The translations under genes were made by a program, and so were the position numbers. The notes below the pieces were generated by a model. That model made no database searches, had not been told where the DNA came from, and saw only the letters and a program-made list of their open reading frames with translations. From IMG/VR virus record IMGVR_UViG_3300042893_000684, positions 1 to 64,000 of that record: 64,000 bases of DNA. One strand, 5' to 3'. This document shows positions 48,055 to 57,496 of the stretch, in pieces. Every line of letters begins with the position of its first letter. Position 1 is the stretch's first letter. The DNA is from a virus.

Positions 48055-48387
48055 ATGGCAACAACAGTATACGATGTTGAAGAAATTCAACTACAAAATG
48101 GCGCAACAGTTAAGCTCAAGCCTTTAACAATTAAAGAGCTACGTGAGTTTATGAAGGTCATTCAAAGAACACAAGAAGTAACATCAGAAGATGAAACACT
48201 AACAATCCTTATTGAGGCCTGTGGAGTAGCACTAAAAAAGCAGCTTCCAGATCTTGTAGCAGACAAAGACGCATTTGAAGACACACTTGACGTTCCAACC
48301 ATCAATCGCATTCTAGAAGTATGCGGAGGGATTAAGATGGACGACCCAAACCTACTAGCGGCAGCGGTTCTGGCTGGTCAGAACTAG
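48055..48387 (+). CDS. Tail assembly chaperone (gpG-like)
   Basis: Between tail tube and tape measure; LKPLTIK motif. Confidence 0.8.
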   Translation: MATTVYDVEEIQLQNGATVKLKPLTIKELREFMKVIQRTQEVTSEDETLTILIEACGVALKKQLPDLVADKDAFEDTLDVPTINRILEVCGGIKMDDPNLLAAAVLAGQN

Positions 48388-48716
48388 ATCTAGCCGCTTT
48401 AGAGGGGGAAGTATTTCTTCTAGGTAATTGGAAAAATTACGAAGAACTAGAAGATAATCTTTCAATGCCAGAGATGGTCCAGACTTTTAAGTCAATGCAA
48501 AAAACGGAATCAGAAAAAAGGAAATTCCTAGCTTCGATTCAAGGTGTTGATTTAGATGAAAGCAGTAATAATGAGGAGGGATCATCCTTCGAAGATGTCA
48601 GAAGAAGAGCACTTGGTATAACCACATCAGCAGATGATGTTGTTTCATTACAAGGTGGTCTTGCAGCAGAAGCTGGCTTTGGCATTAACGCAGGATTAGG
48701 ATACCGAATAGAGTAA
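48055..48716 (+). CDS. Tail assembly chaperone -1 frameshift product (gpGT-like)
   Basis: In-frame slippery C CCA AAC at 48345-48351; -1 frame open from 48336 to 48716. Confidence 0.75.
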
Positions 48717-48725
48717 CATATACAT

Positions 48726-51700
48726 ATGGCAGATAATTTAATCACCACCAATATTACCGCCAACGCAGACTTCACGAGTTTAAGAACTCAGCTTGCTGCG
48801 GTTACTGCCCAACTCGTAAAATTACAAGAAACAACGGCGGGAACTAACGCCAAACTAGCAAATCAAATTGCTGTAATGAATAAGTCCTTCGCAGAAACTA
48901 TGCGATCAACGGGACAGTTTTCATCACACTTTGTATCGCTTACATCAGACGTAGAAAAATTTGGTAGGAACCTAGATAGAGGAAGACTTAAACTAGGGGA
49001 ATACTACAACGCCTGGAGTGGGCATACAAAGAAAACAAGCAGCCTGATTAGAGACCTGGCCAAGCAGCAGGTAATGCTAGAGAATGCAATCATTCAGCCT
49101 ATCGGCAAAAACGCACAAGGCCTAATGCAATACAATGTTATGGTTGCAAAGGGCCTTGATGAAATAAAGAACAAGACGGCAATTGCAAGACAAGAGCTAT
49201 CTATCATGAATAAGGTAATGCTCGATGGATCTAATCAGCTTATCAATTGGGGTAAGAACACCCAGTGGGCTGGCCGTCAGTTAACAGTAGGACTAACAGT
49301 TCCTCTTGCAGCATTTGGAATGGCTGCACAAAAAGCATTTAGAGAAGCAGATCAAGAGCTTGTAAGACTTACAAAGGTTTACGGCGGACTAAGTGCAACA
49401 TCATCTTCAGAGCTAGCAAAAGTAAGAAAAGATGTTTCCGAAACAGCAAGAGAAATTGCTGGAGCATACGGAATTGCATACAAAGAAACTATTGCATTAG
49501 CAGCTGACCTTGCTGCAACAGGACAAGAAGGCGGAAACCTTCTAGAAGCTACAAGACAGACAAGCAGACTTTCAATCCTTGGTGAAGTAGACAGACAAGA
49601 AGCAATGAAGGCAACTCTTGCTATTCAAAATGCATTTAAATCAAGTACAGATGAATTAACTCAATCTATTGACTTTCTTAACGCTGTTGAAAACCAGACA
49701 TCCACTTCTCTACAAGATTTAGTTGAAGCAATCCCTAAAGCAGGCCCTGTTGTAAAGTCTTTAGGTGGAGATGTAAAAGATTTAGCATTGTATTTAACTG
49801 CAATGAAAGAAGGCGGAGTAAACGCATCAGAAGGTGCTAACGCAATTAAGTCAGCAATGGCATCTCTTATCAACCCAACAAAGGTTGCAAAGGAAATGTT
49901 TTTTGGCTTTGGTATAGATATAGATAAGATTGTAACATCTAATGCGGGAAATTTAACTGAAACAATTACAGACCTTCAAGCAGCTTTAGACAGACTAGAT
50001 CCACTAAGCAAGTCAAGAGCAATTGAACAGTTGTTTGGTAAGTTCCAGTATGCAAGAATGTCAGCCCTATTTGAAAACCTAGGTAAAGAAGGATCTCAAA
50101 CTCTTCAGGTAATGGATTTAATGAAAGCAAGCGCTACAGATCTTGCAAATATCTCTGCTCGAGAATTAACTATGATGACAGAGTCCGCTTCAGGACAATT
50201 TAAAAGAGCATGGGCTTCAGTCCAAGCAGACCTTGCTTCAGTAGGAGAACAATTTTTAAGAATTAGCACAAAGGTTTTAAATGTAGTAGATGGGATCATT
50301 AAGTTTTTCCAAGGACTTCCAGGTCCAGTTAAAACATTCCTTAACGCTCTTGGTGGACTAACAGCATTTGCTGGACCACTAATTATGTTAACTGGTGTTA
50401 TGGCCAACTTTATTGGTTATGTTACAAAGGGAATATTCTCTTTAAGACAAATGGCTACAGGAGGACATGGGTTTAAGCTCCTTACTCCAGAAATATTAGC
50501 GGCAGATGCAGCAGCAAAAGGTCTTGCTACATCATTCTATTCAGATACAGAAGCAACAGTTGTATTAACAAATGCAGTAAATACTCTTGCAGCATCATTT
50601 GATAATCTTCAGGTAGCAGCATCTACAGCGCAAGTTGCAGTGCAACCAAGCATCTCAACAGTTGCAGGCGGAGTAATTGCAGCGGGAACTCCAGGCGGAA
50701 CGCCAAGATATGTTGATAAAAATAATCCATTAATTGGAGATTCATACTCAAGAGATATGTCTCACATGATTCCTGCTCAAACACAACAGGCGGGGACAAT
50801 ATTTGGAACAGTTCCAGGAGCAGGACCAGTAAACGTTAGAATTGGTAAAAACCCTCAAGCATATATGAACGCAGATCTTCCAAAGATTCCAGGTGTTACA
50901 TCTGTAAACGGAACATCGACTGGTATAGTTGCTCAAGAGGCAGCAAAGTGGCATGCAATGACAGCGGCAATTGCAATGCAATCAGAAGCAGAACTTAAAG
51001 TATTAAAGGCAGAGGTAAATGCTACAGGAACAATTACATCAAGTCTATCTAATTCTTATCAAGCCTTGCTTCCAGAATTTTCAGAAATTACAAGCATGGC
51101 TGCACAAGAAACTGCTTTAATCGTTAAGCAGCTACAGCAAAGCAAAATAACAGCAGACGAAGCAAGAATAAAAGTAATTCAATTAAATGCAACAGTTGAA
51201 GCAATGCTTGCTGAGACAGCTCAAAAGATTGCAGCTGGACAAGGAAGATCTGTAAACTTAACAACAGTTCCATTAACATCTCAACCTGTAGTAGACCCAG
51301 TAACTGGTAAATCAAATATGAAAGAAATGTTTCATAAGGGTTCTACAAAAACATTAGTAGATAAAATTGCTAGAGCGCTAGGCGGAGTTAGAACTTCAGG
51401 TGCAGGATATAACATTGAAACAACAAAGCCTAAGTTTAATAAAGGCGGAATAGTTCCAGGAACTGGTAACACAGACACCTATCATACAATGGCCGAGCCC
51501 GAATCATTTGTAATTAATAAAGCTGCAACACAAAGAAACATGCCTACAATTAGCAAACTTATTGGTGGCACTCCAACATTTAGAAACACTGGAGGAATGG
51601 TTCCAGTAGTTTTAACTCCTGGAGAAGCAGTAATTCCAGCAAAAATTGCTAAGCGTAATCCAGAACTAATGTTGCAATTAAATGGTGGCCCAGGTAATAC

Positions 51701-54700
51701 AACTGGTATGGGAAGACATCAAGGCGGAGGAGTTCACCCACACCCTCATGCAGGAAAGCCTATGACAGATGCTCAATACAGAAGAGCTCTTAAAATGTAT
51801 TATGAATTTATTAACGATCCAAACTATGAAGCCAATGTTCGTGCAAGATTTATTGCACTAGATGCTTCAGAGTATTTGGGAGTTGCCCCACAGATAGGAA
51901 CTAAAAAAGCTATTGAAATAGCTACTGCTAATTTTGATGCTGCTAAGGACCTTAATGGATCTCCCGAAGACTGGATTAAAACTAGAACAGCACAGCTTGC
52001 TGCTTTTGACGAAAAATATTCTATGGGAGACAAAAGATTAGTAAAAGAAGGAAGAAGCGCAACGGCTTCTGGTTTAACTAGCGATAACTTTTTAAATAGA
52101 AATATGAACAGGGTTTTAAGATCAATGAGCAGAAACCCATTATTTGCAGAAGCTCATGAAGATTTAAAGTCAATACCTAGAGCAACTGGTAAAATACAAG
52201 GCGGCGGAGGAAGATTAGTTGAAACTGCTAGAGGCCACGCATTTAGAAGATCTTTAATAGCACAACTAGGTGGAGTTGGCTCAAGAGGATTTGCAGGATT
52301 TGCTGCTATTATGCCTGCAGCATTTAATACAATTGCTGCACAACTTCAGGGCAAAAATTTTCAACCAGATGTAATTCATTTAAAGAGGGCAAGTGCAATT
52401 GCTGACTTTGAAGAAATGGTAAGAAAATCTGGAGTCCCTGGAAGCGTAGACGATGTAATACAAGCATTACAGTATGATACAAGATTTGTAGCTGCATCAG
52501 ACAAGAAACCACGAGTTGCTCCTCCATCACCAAAACAAAAAACTGCACTCAACATGTTTTTGCAAGCAATCTCTGCAGGAAAAGCTTGGATTCCAATTCG
52601 TGGAAAACTTGCTCTTGCAGGAGCGGTTAAATTAAATAAGGGTGGACAAGTACCAGGAAAGTTTGCACAAAGATTGTTTGGCGGCGGTAAAGCGTTGTTC
52701 TTAGGAATGCCAAGATCTATTAAGCAGGTTGAAGCCCAGAGAGCCGCAAAGGTTGCTATGGAAAAAGCAAGTCAAGCAGTTAAAGACTCTAGATTTAGCA
52801 AGACCCCAGTAACTGATTATGACGCTATGCTAGAGCCAACATCAGGAAGAAGTTTCCCAGTATCTGGAATTGGTGGAGTTTATAGCAAGAACGGGGAAAA
52901 GGTTTTTGTTAAGCCAGTACTAGATGAAAAAGCAGCGCTTGCTGAGATAAGAGCAACTGAAATTGCTCGTGATGTTCACGGACTACAAACACCTAATCAA
53001 AGAGTTGTTGTAATGAGAGACCCAACTGACAGAAGAGGATCTAGAACACTACTAGCTTTAGAGTCTAAGTACAATCCTGCTATAGCAAATCAAGATGGTA
53101 AATTTACAGAAGATCAATACTTTAGACAGTTAGTTGCATCATCATTACGTGGCGACAAAGATTTAGGCAGGGGTAACCTTTCTGGGAACATACTTGCCGA
53201 TGTAGGTCCAGCTGGGGTATTTTCAACAGCCTCTGGACCAAGAGATTATTCTGCAACAATGCCTTCATTTAAACAACAAGCAATGATCAACTTGCTTGGA
53301 GTAAAAGGAAGCAGTACAAAGAAATTCTTTGCTGAAGCAACTTCAGATATTCCAAGAGGTATGACACCTGATCAATACAATGATCGCATGCTGCAAGAAA
53401 TTGAATCTGCTCTCCCAAAGCTAAAACAAACAATAGGTAGATTTGATTTAAACACAGAAGAAAAAGTTATTTACAATGCAATGATCACAAGACTATCTGA
53501 TGCAAGAAGACAAACTTACAGAGATTTGCATGGAGTTCATTCATCAGTAACAATGTCTCCAGAAAAAACAATGACTCCAGCAGCAATTGCCAAAATGCTT
53601 GCAGCAGATGAATTGAAGCGCAGACAAAAGGGTCACTCTGTAAGCCTATCTGATAATGCATTTAAGACACCAGAAAATGGATTCAATATTGGCGGATTAA
53701 TTGGAAACGTTCTTAAGGGTAAAGCAATGCATAGAATTGGTGCAGGATTTGGCCCAACTGGAGCACCTAAGCCAAGTATGTATGAGTCAGCTCCATGGGG
53801 CGTGAACTCTCTATCTATTGAAATGGCCGACAAGCTATTTGCAAACACAGGTTTAAGAAAGCATACTCAAAAATTATTCTATGACAAGTTTGCGGCAGCA
53901 CTAGCAAAAGAAAAACCTTACGGATATGTAAAGATGCCAGATGGTAAATTAAAGAACGGACTCGAGCCAGACGTGCTAGACTCTGTAATAAGATCAGCCG
54001 CTTCAGATCTTGTTGGAGACAGAAACATAATTAAACAACTTTCTCCAATTGATAAAGATATTTTGCGAAACAAATATTTAAATTGGGATTCTAAAAAAGA
54101 TACTCCGCTTACAGAATCTTTAAAGAAAATTATATTTGGTTTAGAAAAAAGAGAAATGGGCGGACCAGTTAACGCAGGTCAACCATACGTTGTGGGAGAA
54201 AAAGGACCAGAGCTATTTGTACCTAGAAATTCAGGAGGCATTGTTCCAAACGGATACATGAAGGGCGGAAACATTGCAATGCTTGGAGCCTCACTAGCAC
54301 CAATGCTAATTGCGAGCAAGATTACTAATCCTTTACTTCAAACAATAATGCAGACGCTTTCATTTATCATACCTCAAATGATGATGACGGCAATGATGCA
54401 GACAAAAGCTGAAGGCGCACAAGGAAGAGTCGGTGGACTTATGTCTAAGATTCCAGCTTCTGCAAAAACTCCTATATTCTCTACAGCAAGAGGGACAAAA
54501 GTTGCTGGTGAAATGTTGGAAGATGGAACATACGCCAAGGGCGGAAGAATGCTCAATAGATACGGCGCAGCTCTTCAGAATTCTGCCAAGAGCGGGAGCG
54601 CAGTAACAAGAACCCTGGGAAGAATTGGAATGGGTCTTACAAGATTAAATGTAGGACTTGCTGTAGCAACAGGAGCTTTTATTCTTATCAATAAAAGAAT

Positions 54701-57032
54701 AAGGGATCACAACGAACATTTAAGAGTTGGGGTAACACAATACGGACTAACAGAAGAAGCTGCCAAAAAGGCGGGACTTAAGTTTACTGATTACAACTCA
54801 AAGCTTGCAGATACTGTTAAAAACATAGAAGCAATACGAGAAAGAAATCAGTTCCTTTATGAAAGCATGCAAGATGCTGGACTTCCTATATCCATGACAA
54901 TTGAAGAGTATAAGAAGCTTAAGAAGGAAGTTAAGGAAGTATATACTGATCAAATTAAATTAATTAATCAGTCTAAAGAAAGTGAACTTCCACAAGTAGC
55001 AATAGACATTAAGACTGCTCTAATGGCTGCTGGGTTATCAGCAGATGAAGCAAGCAAGAAGATATTTACAATGTTTAAGCTTTCTGAAAAGGGAGAAAAG
55101 GCTGGTGCATTTACTGTAGGTAATCGTGCATTTAGAAATATTAAAACAGGACAAGATGCAGCCGAGGCTGCAATAAACACTTATACTACTGCCTCAGATG
55201 GTAAAGAGAAAGCACAGGCAGTAAATACAGGTCTAACTGCTATCGATGCAGGAATCATTGATATGATTGAGCAAAGTAAAAAAGCTGCTAGAGAAGACAA
55301 GAGTGGAAATACAAAAGTATTAACTCAGTATCAAGCCCAAGAAGCAATGCTTCAAAAACTAAATAAGCTAGAATCTTCTAAAGCTGTTCTTACTGCAAAA
55401 ACTAGAGCGGAAATGATTAAGCAGAATCCAGAACTTAAAAAGATTATTAATCCTATGGATACAATAGTTAGCTTATTTGAAAAGATGAATCTTGCAGCAA
55501 AGGGATTTACTGGAGATCTTTCAAAGTTAGGCGCTGAGGCTGTATCTACACTATCAAAAGTTGCAGATTCCATATCAGAAGCAACCGTTGCTGCGAACAA
55601 AGAGGGTCTATTAAAACAACAGTACATAGATTTAAAGAAGCTAACAGATCAACAAAAGGCATTAATGCAAGCGGCCAAAGGACAAACTGCTCAGCAACAA
55701 ATAAACACTAGAGAGCAGCTAAAGGGTTTGCAAAAGCAAATAGATGCTAATAATAAACTTGCAGAGTCAAGACTAAAAGCATTAGATGCAGCAAAGCAAG
55801 AGGGCGATATTGCAAGACAAATTGCAAAAGCACAAGCAGCATACGAAGCAGCTTTAGCAACAGGCAATACTGCTGCAGCACAACAAGCAAGCTTAGATAT
55901 TCAAGGTCTGCAATCAGATCAGCAATACAACTCTCAAAAGAAAGCAATTGAAGATGCTCTTAAGCTAGCCAATGCTCCTCTTGAGGCTAAGATAAAATTA
56001 ATTAATGACGGACAACAAAAGATGTCAGACAATGCATCAATTGCTGCAGAAAAATTGGGCTCATTAAATGCAAGGATTGATAAGCAAAAACAAAAGATTG
56101 ATGATGTTAATCAAGCAATGGTCACCTTAGCACTAAATGCAGCTGCTGCAGGAAAAAGTATAGAGGATTATATTAAGTTTGGAACTGATGAAGACCCAAA
56201 TGCTGGTAGAGAGGCTGCTGCAGGCCTTGTTGGAGCAGTAAGAACAGCAAAGCCTGGAACAGTTCCTGAATTTAAACAACCAACTCATCCAAAGGGTGTT
56301 AAAACTCCAATTGATGTAGGTACCCAAGCCCTGGGAATAATGGGCGGGGTAGAAGGAGCTATTACAAAAGGATTAGCCTCAAAGGGTATTCAAATGGGCA
56401 GCGGAGATATTATTATTAATGGAAAGAAGATGGATGTTGGCCAATCAAATGCTACTGCTAAGATTAGTTCTGTTCCTACAACTTTAGGCGTAACCGCTGG
56501 AGCCTATGCAGGATCTACAATTATTCATCCATCTACACTTATGGCAGCAGGAGCATCTCAAATATCTGATGGCAAACGAGGCTCTACTTGGGTTGGTGTT
56601 GAGTTTGTAGATAAAAATGGTAAAAAGTGGAAGGTAACTTCTGATGCAGGGAGAGCTGGTCTTAACGTTCAAGCAGTAAAAGCTGGTTACGGAACAATGA
56701 AGCTTAATCCAAATGTTCCTACTATTGTCGGAGACCGTGGACCAGAAATGGCATTTGGCGGAATGGTTATTCCTAATATGGCTAAGGTACCATATGCTTC
56801 ACCTAGATACGATATTAAGCAAGCAGCAAAAATGTTTGAACCAATGCGTGATTCAGGGGTAGGACAAGGTGTAATTAATTATACACAACATATTCATGCC
56901 TCTCCAGGAATGAATGAGGATCAATTAATAAGTAAAGCAAAGGTTGCAGCATATGAATTCTTGCAGGCCAATATAAAAACTAATGCTAAAATGAAGGGCA
57001 ACCCAATGAATGTAGGTATTAAAAACACATGA
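48726..57032 (+). CDS. Tape measure protein with internal globular cargo domains (2768 aa)
   Basis: N-terminal TP901-type core (LTVGLTVPL, EN.TS.SL.DL.EAIPKAG); central non-helical region with xxxGG motifs and a kinase-like domain; VGE.GPE motifs. Confidence 0.9.
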   Translation: MADNLITTNITANADFTSLRTQLAAVTAQLVKLQETTAGTNAKLANQIAVMNKSFAETMRSTGQFSSHFVSLTSDVEKFGRNLDRGRLKLGEYYNAWSGHTKKTSSLIRDLAKQQVMLENAIIQPIGKNAQGLMQYNVMVAKGLDEIKNKTAIARQELSIMNKVMLDGSNQLINWGKNTQWAGRQLTVGLTVPLAAFGMAAQKAFREADQELVRLTKVYGGLSATSSSELAKVRKDVSETAREIAGAYGIAYKETIALAADLAATGQEGGNLLEATRQTSRLSILGEVDRQEAMKATLAIQNAFKSSTDELTQSIDFLNAVENQTSTSLQDLVEAIPKAGPVVKSLGGDVKDLALYLTAMKEGGVNASEGANAIKSAMASLINPTKVAKEMFFGFGIDIDKIVTSNAGNLTETITDLQAALDRLDPLSKSRAIEQLFGKFQYARMSALFENLGKEGSQTLQVMDLMKASATDLANISARELTMMTESASGQFKRAWASVQADLASVGEQFLRISTKVLNVVDGIIKFFQGLPGPVKTFLNALGGLTAFAGPLIMLTGVMANFIGYVTKGIFSLRQMATGGHGFKLLTPEILAADAAAKGLATSFYSDTEATVVLTNAVNTLAASFDNLQVAASTAQVAVQPSISTVAGGVIAAGTPGGTPRYVDKNNPLIGDSYSRDMSHMIPAQTQQAGTIFGTVPGAGPVNVRIGKNPQAYMNADLPKIPGVTSVNGTSTGIVAQEAAKWHAMTAAIAMQSEAELKVLKAEVNATGTITSSLSNSYQALLPEFSEITSMAAQETALIVKQLQQSKITADEARIKVIQLNATVEAMLAETAQKIAAGQGRSVNLTTVPLTSQPVVDPVTGKSNMKEMFHKGSTKTLVDKIARALGGVRTSGAGYNIETTKPKFNKGGIVPGTGNTDTYHTMAEPESFVINKAATQRNMPTISKLIGGTPTFRNTGGMVPVVLTPGEAVIPAKIAKRNPELMLQLNGGPGNTTGMGRHQGGGVHPHPHAGKPMTDAQYRRALKMYYEFINDPNYEANVRARFIALDASEYLGVAPQIGTKKAIEIATANFDAAKDLNGSPEDWIKTRTAQLAAFDEKYSMGDKRLVKEGRSATASGLTSDNFLNRNMNRVLRSMSRNPLFAEAHEDLKSIPRATGKIQGGGGRLVETARGHAFRRSLIAQLGGVGSRGFAGFAAIMPAAFNTIAAQLQGKNFQPDVIHLKRASAIADFEEMVRKSGVPGSVDDVIQALQYDTRFVAASDKKPRVAPPSPKQKTALNMFLQAISAGKAWIPIRGKLALAGAVKLNKGGQVPGKFAQRLFGGGKALFLGMPRSIKQVEAQRAAKVAMEKASQAVKDSRFSKTPVTDYDAMLEPTSGRSFPVSGIGGVYSKNGEKVFVKPVLDEKAALAEIRATEIARDVHGLQTPNQRVVVMRDPTDRRGSRTLLALESKYNPAIANQDGKFTEDQYFRQLVASSLRGDKDLGRGNLSGNILADVGPAGVFSTASGPRDYSATMPSFKQQAMINLLGVKGSSTKKFFAEATSDIPRGMTPDQYNDRMLQEIESALPKLKQTIGRFDLNTEEKVIYNAMITRLSDARRQTYRDLHGVHSSVTMSPEKTMTPAAIAKMLAADELKRRQKGHSVSLSDNAFKTPENGFNIGGLIGNVLKGKAMHRIGAGFGPTGAPKPSMYESAPWGVNSLSIEMADKLFANTGLRKHTQKLFYDKFAAALAKEKPYGYVKMPDGKLKNGLEPDVLDSVIRSAASDLVGDRNIIKQLSPIDKDILRNKYLNWDSKKDTPLTESLKKIIFGLEKREMGGPVNAGQPYVVGEKGPELFVPRNSGGIVPNGYMKGGNIAMLGASLAPMLIASKITNPLLQTIMQTLSFIIPQMMMTAMMQTKAEGAQGRVGGLMSKIPASAKTPIFSTARGTKVAGEMLEDGTYAKGGRMLNRYGAALQNSAKSGSAVTRTLGRIGMGLTRLNVGLAVATGAFILINKRIRDHNEHLRVGVTQYGLTEEAAKKAGLKFTDYNSKLADTVKNIEAIRERNQFLYESMQDAGLPISMTIEEYKKLKKEVKEVYTDQIKLINQSKESELPQVAIDIKTALMAAGLSADEASKKIFTMFKLSEKGEKAGAFTVGNRAFRNIKTGQDAAEAAINTYTTASDGKEKAQAVNTGLTAIDAGIIDMIEQSKKAAREDKSGNTKVLTQYQAQEAMLQKLNKLESSKAVLTAKTRAEMIKQNPELKKIINPMDTIVSLFEKMNLAAKGFTGDLSKLGAEAVSTLSKVADSISEATVAANKEGLLKQQYIDLKKLTDQQKALMQAAKGQTAQQQINTREQLKGLQKQIDANNKLAESRLKALDAAKQEGDIARQIAKAQAAYEAALATGNTAAAQQASLDIQGLQSDQQYNSQKKAIEDALKLANAPLEAKIKLINDGQQKMSDNASIAAEKLGSLNARIDKQKQKIDDVNQAMVTLALNAAAAGKSIEDYIKFGTDEDPNAGREAAAGLVGAVRTAKPGTVPEFKQPTHPKGVKTPIDVGTQALGIMGGVEGAITKGLASKGIQMGSGDIIINGKKMDVGQSNATAKISSVPTTLGVTAGAYAGSTIIHPSTLMAAGASQISDGKRGSTWVGVEFVDKNGKKWKVTSDAGRAGLNVQAVKAGYGTMKLNPNVPTIVGDRGPEMAFGGMVIPNMAKVPYASPRYDIKQAAKMFEPMRDSGVGQGVINYTQHIHASPGMNEDQLISKAKVAAYEFLQANIKTNAKMKGNPMNVGIKNT

Positions 57033-57496
57033 GCTATCCAATGACACTCCCAGTAGGTTCCCTATTATATTTTGATACAGGAACTGACCTTGTAAACCCA
57101 ACATGGACAAAGGTCTCTGAGCACAACAGATCTAGCGCCTCTCTAGAAATAGATAGAATAGAAAAGACTCAAAGAATGTCTAACGGATCCCTTAGAAAAA
57201 TTTGGATTGCAGATAAGAAACAATTTAGCGCAAGCTGGGGAATGCTGCCAACTGATAATACAATGACAGTAGACGGAGGCATGGGCGCCTCAGAAATTAA
57301 ATCTTTTTATTTAAATAAAGGCAAGGGTGCCTTCAAGGTAAAGATATCATACAACGGAGTAGCGGCTAGAGATGAAATTATTTTAATGTCATTTACCTCA
57401 TGTAATTTTACAGTTATGAAAAGAAACGTTAAGTCTTCTTCAGCTTCCGTCCCACAAGAATTTTGGGACGTCTCTCTCTCCTTAGAAGAGGTATAA
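57029..57496 (+). CDS. Distal tail (Dit-like) protein
   Basis: Follows the tape measure; RM.NG.LR....K..F..SW..LP; W.VSLSLEEV. Confidence 0.65.
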   Translation: MSYPMTLPVGSLLYFDTGTDLVNPTWTKVSEHNRSSASLEIDRIEKTQRMSNGSLRKIWIADKKQFSASWGMLPTDNTMTVDGGMGASEIKSFYLNKGKGAFKVKISYNGVAARDEIILMSFTSCNFTVMKRNVKSSSASVPQEFWDVSLSLEEV

